A stretch of DNA of 63,732 nucleotides, filler included, from Octopus bimaculoides (GCF_001194135.2; 6 parts of 6 records of this genome joined end to end with filler, not necessarily neighbours in it), one strand, 5' to 3'. Counted from the whole stretch's first letter, positions 50,359 through 62,317 are shown. Notes: generated by a model not told the origin, from the letters alone. A program made the numbers and translations.

Positions 50359-50869
50359 CTCTTCCGATCTGAAAGTGGCTTCCTTGAGATTGTCTTTTTT
50401 CTTTTTTTCCTTATCTTTATCAGATAATACTTTGCTCTAGATTCCAAGTAATTGTATTGATAAAGAGAACACTAGTATTTTTACCCTCCGGTTATTTTCT
50501 CTTCTTATTTTCATTCTACTTTTATTTATCTATTATTCAGAGTTTGTTTTTTTTCTTTCCTTTTTGGTATTTAGTAATAGCGTTGTATTGCTTATTGTCT
50601 TGATCATCTATCCACATAAAATTATCACACTGTGGAAAGATATATCTGTTTAATATGCCTCTTTGGCCTACAATGGAATAACATTTAGCACTCTTTAGGA
50701 AATGACAATCGTTATAATATCATTAACCTAGAGATTAGAATCAGAAAATATTAAATTCTCTGATATAAGTGTTCCTATTTCATAACTCTATACAGTCTCT
50801 TCAAATCTTCAAATCTATGTCATTCTTCAGCCAAATAATATGATATAAATATTTGGTTGTGTGTAATCT

Positions 50870-51232
50870 TTTATCTTTTACTTGTTTCAGTCTTTAGAAT
50901 TGTGGCCATGCTGCAGCACTACCTTGAACAATTTTTTTTTAGTTGAATGAATTAACCTCAGTACTTTTTTTTGTTGTTGTTAAGCCTGGTACTTATTCTA
51001 TCAGTCTGTTTTGCTGAATTGCTAAGTTATTGGGACATAAACACACCAAAACACCAACACCGGTTATCAAGCGATGGTGGGAGACAAACACAGACACAAA
51101 TCACACACACACATATATATACATGCATACATACATATATATGATGAGCTTCTTTCAGTTTCCATCTACCAAATCCACTCACAAGGCTTTGGTTGGCCTG
51201 AGGCTATAGTAGAAAAAACTTGCCCAAGGCGC
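50870..51232 (-). mobile_element. CORE-type SINE with CpG-decayed sequence
   Basis: Aligns with 22905-23220, with CG sites converted to TG/CA. Confidence 0.85.
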
Positions 51233-51337
51233 TGTTCACATCCATGTTGTGATTTTAGGTTCAGTACTTCTGGGCCCCAGCTGATCAGTGAAAGGATATG
51301 GATTTGGTGGATGAAAACTGTAAGAAGCCTACTGCAT

Positions 51338-51378
<41 letters not shown>

Positions 51379-53789
51379 TGTGTGTGTGTGTGTGTTTGTA
51401 TGTTTGTGTGTATGTATATGAGTGTGAATGTGTTGGTTATTGTATTCCTTGACATTATGTGATTCCAGTAAATGAATGTCATTTATTCCCAATATTCTAC
51501 AAAAACGCATGTGACCCTGGAGAAATATTTCCTGGTTGGAAACCGGTATGGCTTGGTCCCCCAAAAAAGAAAGAAATGTATTCAGCTGTAGATTGTCTGC
51601 CTCTATTAACTTTGTCCAACCCATGAAAGCATGCAAAAGTGGACATTAGTGGACATTAAGACAATGATACATACATCCATACACACATTCACACACACAC
51701 ATAAACATGCATACATACATATACATATGTATATATACATTTACATATATATATGTATACATATGTATATATATATATATTATGCATATATATATGTATG
51801 TATGTATGTGTGTATATATGTGAGTGTGTGTATATATATATATATTTACACACATGTACATGCACACATACACACATGCACACACACACACAATGTTAGT
51901 GATTATGAATGGATCCTTCATACTCCATCCGATATAGAACATAAATTAATTTCACTTAGTTGATGACAGTGTTGGTCATTTCTGTCAGCTTCTTTGAATG
52001 AAGCCATATGATTGTTCAGCTCACCATGATGGAATAAAAGTTTGCAACAAAAATAGACACTATTACTAGGTGACAAATGGCTAGCCAAATTAGCTAGGTT
52101 TGAATTCTTACTTCTCATTAGTGAGAGTGAGTCCTGTGTTAATTTTCTGTTATTGCAAGCATTAATTAATTAGACTGTTAGATGAAAACCAAGAGGCAGT
52201 CTATTATATGTGTGTGTGTATGTATGTATGTGTGTGTGTGTATTTTTGCATGTCTTTATTAAAATTTTATCAGCAAACGTGAAGCTATCTCCATCATTGT
52301 CCAGTAAACAAATGTCTTGAATTTTCAGCATCTTTGACAGTTCTGACATTGTGAGAGGCAGTGGAATGAAAATACACATTGTTTCAAAAATTGGAAATGG
52401 TTGGTGAAATAAAGAGCATCCCCCTCCTCTTCCTCTTGCTATGTGCCATTGTCATCATTATCATAATCATCATCGTCATCATCATTTATTGTCATCATTG
52501 TTGTCATCATTATCATACACATCAGCACCATCATCATCGCTTTCTACTTCTCTATAGATAGTTAGATAGACTGTATGTTGTAAATATTAGCTACACTAAT
52601 GATTTATAAAATCCATTTTCTCAGCCCACTTGCTTCTAAGCATCATAGTATGTTTCACCATCCTTTCTCTTGCAATTGCCAGCTCTCACTTGTTTCCAAA
52701 CAAGGTAATGATTTCCCTAGTTTTTTTTAACATGAACATCACAATGGGATGCATAGTTTTCCATGGAAGATTGCAAACAAACAACTCTGTGTGATTGTGA
52801 CTTTTGTATACAATTACTGTCTGCTGTCAAGATAAGTACACACTTAATTAAATCAAAATCTTCATTTGGCTGAAGACCAGATAAATAAGTCTCAGGAAAT
52901 TGAATTGGGAAGGGAAATAATAGAGGGGTCACCTGTCCTACCAAAAATGAAAATAAAAATAAAGCAAGGACGAGATGGATTGACAACGAACAGAGTTACA
53001 GACAATGATACAGAACTGTTAGGAGACTGATACTAGGTCAATATGAGATTGCTTAGATTAATTACTGAGTCAATATAGGACATTACTGAAGTAGAGGGAA
53101 TAATTCAAGGACAACAAGCTGGCATTATTTCAAGTTTTCTCCCCTTTGTGTATAATATGAATTTATTCACAATTTGTAATTTACACATAGTATTATATAT
53201 GATTTCTGTTGTCTGCCAAAAGAAAAATATAAAACACAGAAATTGCATAGCATAGACTATTTTGAGAAAATAGTTTCTTGACTTTGCATCTGAGGCACTC
53301 TTGAGTGCTGTGAAAAAATTCTGGGGCTTCTGTGAAATAAAATGTCTTTAAGTGAAATAAAATAAAATTGCATTTTATAAAAAGAAGCTATTCACCATTC
53401 TCCAAGCAGTTTGTTATCGAATGTTATTTTTACTTCTTCTGAATGAATGAATTGCTGTATATGCCAGTGTATAATACAGTTGGGGGTACAAGATGATCTA
53501 TAATATTAAAACTTAGTGCACATGTATAACAGAGTTCGAGGTCAATGTCTGCCAAGCAGCTTTACTCTGCAAGTTTTAACTTCATTACTATGGCAACAGT
53601 CCGGAGACTTATTGATCAGATCTCATATATAGCATATCTCATTAAAACCATTTTTGTTTCAATTAATGTCATAAAAATTAGGTTGGCTGAGGGTTGTCCA
53701 TAAAATATGGGAAGGGGTTCTACAACTTTTGTAAAGTCATAGGATGGGCTCTATGCCAAAGTAAATTGGAATTGTTGTGCTAGAGTACC

Positions 53790-53820
<31 letters not shown>

Positions 53821-54156
53821 GAAACTGTCTCGAATGGATCTCAAAACCTCAGCATCACTATGATTTTGCAGCTAAGTTAGGTTATTAAGTAAAATTTCTG
53901 TCTATAATGTCTAAAGATATGTTTGTTATTCTTGGTACAAGTTTCAAAAGCATATAATGGAACCCAGGGAAGTGTTAGACTTGTATCTTTTAGCCCAGCC
54001 AGATACTGTTCACACGAAACCTTGAAAATACAAGCGTCAGCTTGTAATGACACTCTGAAGTGAGACGGATATGTTTCCTGTTAGTTGATGTACTTATATA
54101 TAACCAAAGTAATTCTCTGTGAAGGGAGAGGAAGACAGAACACACACACACACAGG

Positions 54157-54246
<90 letters not shown>

Positions 54247-54529
54247 CATGTGTGTGTATAATTCTTTATGACAAGAAATATATCAGAAATATCTTAAACT
54301 AATTTTGCTTTGTCCTTACAGGATATTAAGCAGGCAAAAATCAATATTATATATTCATGTGTGAATGAGTGTGAAGGTGCAATGTATGTGTGTGTGTGTG
54401 TGTGTGTGTATAGTTACATAGGTGTGCATATACATATATGATTATATGTATGTATGCATGTATATGTGTATGTATAACTACATTTATGAACATGTGCTTA
54501 AGTACATTTATATCTCAACATACACCCCA

Positions 54530-55000
54530 TCATCATCATCATCATCATCACAGTTATTTTGCGTCCATTTTCTGGATGGCTTGCTTGAGTTGGAGTGGTT
54601 TTCTCTAGTGCAGGGTCCCACCACGGCATACTCCTTTGTCATCTTCTTTATGTTGCCCAGCCTCTAGAGATCAACTTTCACATATTTTTCCCCACTTCCT
54701 CATTCTTCGTCTCCTACAAAGTCCGTCCTCCTCTTTGCACAGCTTGTCACTTCTTTACCAAAATGTCATCTTCTGTATGCAAAACAGTTCCGTACCTGTA
54801 CAACCTTTTCTCTTTTTTTATTTTGCACACTGCATTTAATTCCCCTCATCCAGTTTCTCCTCTCTGTTCATTCATGCTCCATTGCTTATGCATGTGAACA
54901 TTACACATCCAGTAGAGCATACTCAACTCATTTCCTTCCACTCTCTGTATTCAGTGTCCATTTCATACAATCGGAACTTTTCTTGGAGAGAGAACATCTC
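54530..55000 (-). mobile_element. Decayed RTE-clade LINE 3' fragment
   Basis: Minus strand SMLYWMCNV...RLYRYG.VL.TEDD.LVKK...KVDL.RLG..KKMTK resembles the RTE C-terminus, ending in (GAT)n. Confidence 0.5.
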
Positions 55001-55599
55001 TTTGTCCCCAGCAGATATATTTCCTTCCTAAAATGTTCCTACATTGTTCTTAGTTTAGTTACTTTTTGCTCATTTGTATCACATCTGATTTCTCCATGCT
55101 TGCAACAGTTGAAGAAATATATTATTTGAAGCATTGCTTTACAGCCAGGTTCTCTTCTTGATACTAATCTTTACCTGCCTATCAAATCTCCTTCTCTACA
55201 GCTAATTAGGTCATCTATACAATGGAATCTATTATCTTCTTCTATAGAACTTTTTATTTACTTAAAAGAATTTATTTTACAGCTGCTCTGTCTTCTAACT
55301 GCTTTTGCAAATCTTCTTCAAATGGAGTCGTTTTTTTGACAGCCTACAGTTAATCTCATAGCATCTCTTCCTGTCATCATTGTTTCAACATCTACTTTGC
55401 CAAGTTAGCACATATCAGATAAAGGTATGTTGTGGGTAGAGTTTCCTACTGCTGGAAGACCTTCTTGGAATGAACCCCTGCTTGGAAATAAGTGGGTTAA
55501 TAATATCCCAGTCTATTGGATAATAAACAGCTTGGTGTAGAATTGACTGCAAAAAAAAAAACCCCCAGAAAATGCACAGATGTATCATTCTCTGTATTG

Positions 55600-55800
55600 A
55601 TTGTAATTGTCTTATTGTTATCTTCATCTTCATTTAGTGTCCATATTCCAAGCTGGAATGGGTTGGCTGGTTCAACAGGATCCAGTTGGTTAGAGGACTG
55701 CATCAAGCTCCAATGTTTGTTTTAGCTTGGTTTCTATAACTGGGTGCTCTTCTTAACAATACCCAATTCCCACACTGTTCTGGGTGCTTTTTCTTCTCAC
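55600..55800 (-). mobile_element. Decayed SINE/LINE tail (caacccat.ccagc.tggaa...ggac..taaa.gaagat type)
   Basis: gaagagcacccag..tagaaacc...ccaacccattccagcttggaatatggacactaaatgaagatgaagat. A similar remnant lies at about 51610-51650. Confidence 0.45.
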
Positions 55801-56213
55801 TTGGATGAGTTAGGTCATCAAATAGCTTGCAAGACAAAACACCATATCTTTCTTAAAAGCTTTACCAGCATGAGAAGAATTTCCTACTGGAATGTTAAAT
55901 TAGGCTAAGTATCTCTCATGAAAAGAATTCAAAATAAAAAGTCAATATCTTCACAGAGTTTTATTTGGGAGTTGGCTGCAGTAAAATCTTTAAGTCTTTC
56001 TATTTCATAGTGAATGCAGTAATAAATTAGTCACTATTTGTCCCATTGTCATTTGATTTTATATTATTAGCGGCTCCTTCATCAGATGCTCTTCCTGCAG
56101 AGAAATGACACAAAATCTCACTGCAAAATTTCTCTATTCTTTCCTTGCCTCTGTATGTGTGTGTATGAGTGTGTGCGTGTGTGTGTGTTTATATATATAT
56201 ATATGTATGTATA

Positions 56214-56313
56214 NNNNNNNNNNNNNNNNNNNNNNNNNNNNNNNNNNNNNNNNNNNNTTAATTAATTAANNNNNNNNNNNNNNNNNNNNNNNNNNNNNNN
56301 NNNNNNNNNNNNN
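56214..56313. other. Artificial scaffold linker
   Basis: 44 N + TTAATTAATTAA + 44 N. Confidence 0.95.
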
Positions 56314-57079
56314 TGACTAGATACACGCATACACACACATACATACATACATACATATATATGTGTGTTTATATATATATATATATGTAAATCCAGCATC
56401 GTGACTAGATACACGCATACACACACATACATACATACATACATATATATGTGTGTTTATATATATATATATATGCATGGATACCTATACATGTATATGC
56501 GCGTGTGTGTTTGTGTGTGTGTGTGTGGCCATTTATTTCATGTCACGATGTTGCATTTGCAAATATATACACTTAAAATGTTTATGAACAAGGAAAAGAT
56601 AATTCAACCGTCTAATAAGCGTAACGTTGTTGTTGATGTATGTAAATACACCACACACACACGTATACACACACACACGCGCGCGCGCGTAGACGCATTT
56701 ATTATTTGGGAATATTTCTTTATGATATCCAAAGAAAATAACGACTTGACTTCCCAAGAATCATTTATTCCTCACTAACGCAAAAATGTATCTGTCTAGT
56801 TGGTTTTCCTTATCGTTTACTTATTCACCACGCTCTTTTTTTCTTTAACTAAAGCTGGTAATTGTCTTAAATGAGTAGAGTGAAGTACTTAAAGTAGCAA
56901 CAATGTTTCACCCACCGACGCCATCCCAAACTATAGAGTTTGTATTCATATAAGTATAATGCTTAATTTTTATAATACGCTGGTTCTCAACCTCAGCTAG
57001 TTGAGTATCTTGCTCCACAGACTTTTTAAATATCATCAACCAGATGCATTCGAGTTTTTACAGCAGCATATAGTCTTTT

Positions 57080-57502
57080 CTACTCTAGGCACAAGGCCCG
57101 AAATTTTTGGGGAGGGGGGGGCCAGTCGATCAACTCCAGTACGCAACTGGTACTTAATTTATCGACCCCGAAAGGATGAAAGGCAAAGTAAACTCGGCGG
57201 AATTTGAACCCAGAACGTAAAGACAGACGAAATACGGCTAAGCATTTCGAATGGCGTGCTAACGATTCTTATTTCTTTATTGCCCACAAGGGGCTAAACA
57301 TAGAGGGGACAAACAAGGACAGACAAAGGGATTAAGTCGATTACATCGACCCCAGTGCGTAACTGGTGCTTAATTTATCGCCCCCGAAAGGATGAAAGGC
57401 AAAGTCGACCACGGCGGAATTTGAACTCAGAACGTAATGGCAGACGAAACACCGTTAAGCATTTTGCCCGGCGTGCTAACGATTCTGCCAGCTGGCCGCC
57501 TT
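57080..57502 (-). mobile_element. Dimeric Nin/Deu-domain SINE
   Basis: Two units joined at gctaacgattcttatttctttattgcccacaagggg, the reverse complement of the junction at about 31410-31440. Confidence 0.85.
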
Positions 57503-57799
57503 GACACAGTTGCATATATTGATGTGTCCCATAAAACTATCAGGTATTTTTACACCAGAATATTTGTGTTTGAAAGAAATCTTATGACAATTAATACAAG
57601 GACTCTGATAGTTATTACACACACATCTTTACTTGTTTTTATAGATATACGTAATGAATTCCAGTAACTGTGAACTCATCTAGAAATCTGATTGATATTC
57701 TTCAATATATTCTTTTGGGGTTTAGAAACAAATATGGTAGACATTATTACTGTAGTGGAGGAAAATATTAGTTTCAAATTTTGCGACAAGGTCTGCAGT

Positions 57800-57985
57800 T
57801 TAGAAGTAGCTGCTAAGCCGATTGCTTCGATCTCAGTGCTCAACTGGTACATATTTTATCGACCCAGAAAAGATGAAAGACGAAGTTGACTTCGGTGGGA
57901 TTAGAACTCAGAGCGTAAAGGTGGATGAAATGCGGCTAACCATTTTGCCCGGCACACTAACGATTCTGCCAGATCGTCGCCTTAA
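57800..57985 (-). mobile_element. Nin/Deu-domain SINE, diverged
   Basis: caactggtac...tttatcgacccagaaaagatgaaag...ctaacgattctgccag. Confidence 0.75.
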
Positions 57986-57989
57986 ATGC

Positions 57990-58200
57990 AGACTTCAAAT
58001 TTTGGTACAAAGCCAGCAAGTTCTGGTAAGGGGCTAAATCGATTACATCGATTCCAGTACTCAGCGGGTACTTACTTTATTAACCCCGAAATGATGAAAG
58101 GTAAAGTCGACCTGGGCGGAATTTGAACTCAGAACGTAAACATGGAGGAAATGCTGCTAAGCATTTTGCCGGTCGTGTTAATGATTCTCCCATCTTGCCG
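57990..58200 (-). mobile_element. Nin/Deu-domain SINE, diverged
   Basis: gattacatcg...gtaaagtcgacctgggcggaatttgaactcagaacg. Confidence 0.75.
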
Positions 58201-59214
58201 TCTTGTATCACGAGTAAATATTAACAGCAGTTCTGCTGTTGTATTTGTGTATAATACAACAAACAACCGAAGCCCCTTCATGGCCGCTGGAATGCCAGAA
58301 ATAACAGCCAAATCTCCCTCATCACCCATCATACTGTTTTGAGAAAGGGAAAGACATACTGGATAATGTATTTCTAGATATGCATCTAAAAATACAGAAA
58401 GTCATGGCTGGACTGATCTTGATTGTAGCTCTGCTCAATCAGCGTTGACCTGGGGCTAGCAACAATAACAAGAACAACGACAAAACAACATTAAACAATA
58501 TAATCTCTGGTATTTGTTCTTGCAATGTTTCCTTGGTGATAATAATGTGATTAGGAATTTGTCTTTGGGGATTCGTCTTTCGTATAACGTCATTTGCATA
58601 ACATTATCAAATCAATGGTCCAAATGTGGAAATCATTGGAGACAAAGATCATACCATCTTTATTGCATATTCTGCTATTTGGTTTTAGGCTTTGAAGTGA
58701 TGGACATACGTTCTGTCTCCAGTGGCATACGTGTATGAAATTCATTGGTCTGTGCATATTCTCATTCAATGAAGAGTGATATGGAAAACCGAAAATTGGC
58801 ACTTAATATAGGTTAGTTCGAATGTAGTTTATATTTCAGCTTCATCTGAGATCTAAAATGAAGCAAATAACTTTGGAAAAGTCATTTAATGTGAAGGACG
58901 CCAAGAGCAAAAGATCAACGTCTTGGGTTCAGGAATATATATGCATTTTGAACAGTGTATGAAGTTTGTTAAAAGTTGAGGAATGTATTGGTAAAAGAGG
59001 GAGGTCGACGCGAAATACTTCCTTCTCGTTCAACTTTAGATTTCAAATAACATACATCTATAACCAAAATATAGCTTTCCGGTTTTCTAACAGAGCGATA
59101 GTGAAACAACTTAGTTCTTTAATCTGGTTGCTCTAAATGCTTAAAATGAAAGCTAAGTTTGCATGAAATCACCACCATTTTAAAAATAGTAGATGCTGCT
59201 TAATATCTTTTTTT

Positions 59215-59400
59215 CCCTTTAATTGTTTCAGTCACTGGACTGCGGCCATGCTGGGACACCGCTTTGAAGGATTTCATTTGCACAAATCGACCCTATATTT
59301 ATGCTTTTTTAAAAATCTAGTTCTTATTCTATCCATTCCTTTTGCCGAATCGCTACGTTGCGGATTCGCAAACAAGTCAACACTGATTGTCAAGCTGTAG
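59215..59400 (-). mobile_element. CORE-type SINE tail
   Basis: ttgtttcagtcactggactgcggccatgctggg...tttgccgaatcgcta...gttgtcaag. Confidence 0.7.
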
Positions 59401-59809
59401 GGGTGAAGTGATGTACTCAGATACAAAGACTTGCATACTCACATATATAAAGAGGATTTTCTGGTGAAAGAGACTCATACATCTGTTAGGATAAACAGTT
59501 CAAGTGATATTACTTTGCATTCTGTACGCACCACTAATTCAATTTCCTTGTGAAAGTGATAAACTTTATATAGTTCCATTTTGCTAACTAAACCTGTTCA
59601 GTCTGGTACCTAAAGAAAATGTTAGCGAAATAGTAATCAACAGCACCTGATATTTATAAAGTATTACATCCTCATCTAATACATTTATGAATTATTTGTG
59701 CTGTGGCTTTACAATCATCACTCAAATGTTATATCCATGATTTCTCTCAAGTGCGTTGTTTAAAATTTGGCGTCTCAGTATCACAGACCTGTGTAAGACA
59801 GAATATTTT

Positions 59810-60020
59810 ATACAGTTGTATATTGATGAGATGAGGAATTATATACATTATTTACATTATTTATATTTGACTGATATTTGTCCTCATCTTGTTTGTTGTT
59901 AACACATCGTTTCGGCTGATATACCCTCCAGCCTTCATCAGGTGTCTTAGGGAAATTTCCAAACTGGCTTCTCATTCGTAAGGCATTTTTTGATGTTGTT
60001 GTTGTTGTCGTTATTATTAC

Positions 60021-60076
<56 letters not shown>

Positions 60077-60150
60077 GAGTCACTGCCTGGAATCAAACTC
60101 GGTATCTTTGGGTTAGTAGCCCGTGCTCTTAACCACTGCGCCATAATCCC
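59810..60150 (-). mobile_element. Solo tRNA-head + (AAT)n + hammerhead cassette (Penelope pseudo-LTR-like or SINE-like)
   Basis: Collinear with 34745-35069 but with no ORF attached. Confidence 0.85.
59901..59946 (-). ncRNA. Minimal type I hammerhead ribozyme motif, cleavage triplet mutated
   Basis: RNA GACAC-CUGAUGA-A-GGCUG(GAGGGUAUAU)CAGCC-GAAA-CG-AU/GUGUU. Helices I and II and the core are intact. The sister copy at about 34895 has GAAACGUU, whereas this copy has GAAACGAU. Confidence 0.7.
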
Positions 60151-60152
60151 AC

Positions 60153-60250
60153 GGGCATATGGCGTAGTGGTTAAGAGCGCGGGGTACTATCCCAAAGATT
60201 CAGAGTTCGATTTCAGGCAGTCACCTGAATAAAAAAATAATAATAATATA
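60153..60250 (+). mobile_element. Inverted second tRNA-like head of the same cassette, 3'-truncated
   Basis: gggcatatggcgtagtggttaagagcgcgg...gagttcgatttcaggcagtcacctgaataa. Head-to-head with the 59810-60150 copy, 2-nt spacer. Confidence 0.85.
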
Positions 60251-60315
60251 ATGTGTGTGTGTGTATAAATATACATATATATCCATACCTATCTATCTAC
60301 ACACACACACACACA

Positions 60316-60357
<42 letters not shown>

Positions 60358-60359
60358 TG

Positions 60360-60540
60360 CGCGTGTGTGTTTGTCCTCTACCACCGCTAGCCTATTTACA
60401 TCTCTGTAACCTAGCGATTCGGTAAAGGAGTCCGACAGAATAATGAACAAACTGTACAAAAGATAAGTATCTGGCTCAGTCGGTGCCCCAGTATGACCGC
60501 AGTCCAATGACTGAAATAAGTATATGATAAAAGATAAAAG
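60360..60540 (+). mobile_element. CORE-type SINE tail
   Basis: tgtttgtcctc...ctagcgattcggtaaagga...gaccgcagtccaatgactgaaataag. Confidence 0.65.
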
Positions 60541-61877
60541 AAATAAAATCAAATAAAAATGAAAGAATATATAAATAAAATGATCAACATTCTACAAACT
60601 CTTCTTTTGTCATTACTACTACCGACGACGCTGGCCCACAACAGTTGTCTCATGTTCCGCACTTTGACCTTTATTTGAAGACTGATATCCCCAAAGACCA
60701 ATCCTCAATTAAATCATACCAAAGCTCATGTGTTGCGATCACTTTTTTGTTTGTTTTCATGCAGAAGTCTTACTTCGGTATTTCGCTCTATCACCTCCTC
60801 AAGTTATTGTCTAAAACAACAAGTTAGCGTTTTGTTGGTGAGTGATAGAATGGATGAATGGAATAGGGGCAGGAAGAGTGAAGCATGTATACAAAGTATG
60901 GAAATAATGATTGAGAAGAAGATAAACATTAAGTGTATCTTTTTTACTTATTTGATTGCCAAAACAAACGGAATGTTCTGTTTTGATTTTGGATTTTGTT
61001 AAGTTTCTTCCAATCACTTGAAGTTTCTAAAATGTTCCTCTTTAATTTTAACACAATGTAGTTCTGATGTACTTTTGCATGCTGATGGCGATAAAATATT
61101 TACTTTTTCAAGAAATTAATGATAAAGAAGTTACAGGAGTTGAAATTATGCAATCTTAACCAATCAACAATCGTTACTTGGCGGGACATTATGTGTGTTA
61201 GTCTCAATTGCAATGGAGATCAACACAAACTAACTTTTACATACTTTCCGACCCGCTAGAAATAGCAACTAAATCTTCCTTAAACAACACTATAACTTCT
61301 AAAAACCACAAAGGGTAAAACACTGTGCCATAACACCGTTTAATTTGTCGCTTGAAGCAGGCCCAAGTACTTTCTAATTGTCGGGTGCAATTTATAACAC
61401 TTAAATTATAGTGAATCTCCATAGATAATCTCCTCGAAAATTATAAACACGGTTTAAATTTCATACTTCGTTTAGAATTTTATCAAAAGGAAATAAAACA
61501 TATATTTAATATTGATCTGCTTCGGGGATCGTGAGTTTGACCACAGTTTACATCCCTGGCACAATGTTTCGTCCTTTCTGTTTGATGTTTAAACTGTTTA
61601 TAATTTTCGTGGGGCGTGAGTTCGATAAATGGTTTACATCTGTGGAGATTCACTTTCATTTAAATATTATGTATAACACTCAACAAGTAGAAAAAACTTG
61701 GTCTTACCCAAAGTGAGGAAATAAACGGTGTTGTAGGACAATGTTGCGTCCTTTTTAAACGTTATGATGCACTTTAAGGGAGATTTGATTGTTATTTCTA
61801 GCAGGTTGAGGGAGCATGTAAAGGATTGAGTAGAGTCCAGTACAAAAATATGCCGACAATTGGAGTCTATCGATTGG

Positions 61878-62020
61878 CTGTGTGGTAAGTAGCTTGCTTA
61901 CCAACCACATGGTTCCGGGTTCAGTCCCACCGTGTGGCAAGTGTCTTCAACTATAGACTCGGGCCGACCAAAGCCTTGTGAGTGGATTTGGTAGACGGAA
62001 ACTGAAAGAAGCCCGTCGTA
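61878..62020 (+). mobile_element. CORE-type SINE head
   Basis: tggctgtgtggtaagtagcttgcttaccaaccacatggttccgggttcagtccc...gaagcccgtcg. Confidence 0.85.
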
Positions 62021-62217
62021 TATATGTATATATATATATATATATACAAATATATATATTATTTTGTTTAAAAGAGTTCCAACACTGTCTGTTTTTTATG
62101 TTTTATTTATATTACAATATATAATATAAAATAAAATAAAATAAAAATGGATGGCATCATGAAATAAAGTATTGAATGTAGATGAAATATTGATAGACTT
62201 TAACAGACTGTCCGTTA

Positions 62218-62317
62218 NNNNNNNNNNNNNNNNNNNNNNNNNNNNNNNNNNNNNNNNNNNNTTAATTAATTAANNNNNNNNNNNNNNNNNNNNNNNNNNN
62301 NNNNNNNNNNNNNNNNN
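62218..62317. other. Artificial scaffold linker
   Basis: 44 N + TTAATTAATTAA + 44 N. Confidence 0.95.

Noticed and set aside
52170-52379. Protein-like ORF MSELSKMLKIQDICLLDNDGDSF
   Set aside because: No convincing donor, runs into a microsatellite, and matches no family I recognise.
56314-56475. Tandem duplication of about 88 bp
   Set aside because: Lies at a scaffold end in low-complexity DNA and is probably an assembly artefact.
60600-60830. Frame HVPHFDLYLKTDIPKD as a Penelope RT remnant
   Set aside because: Similarity is too weak to support by eye.
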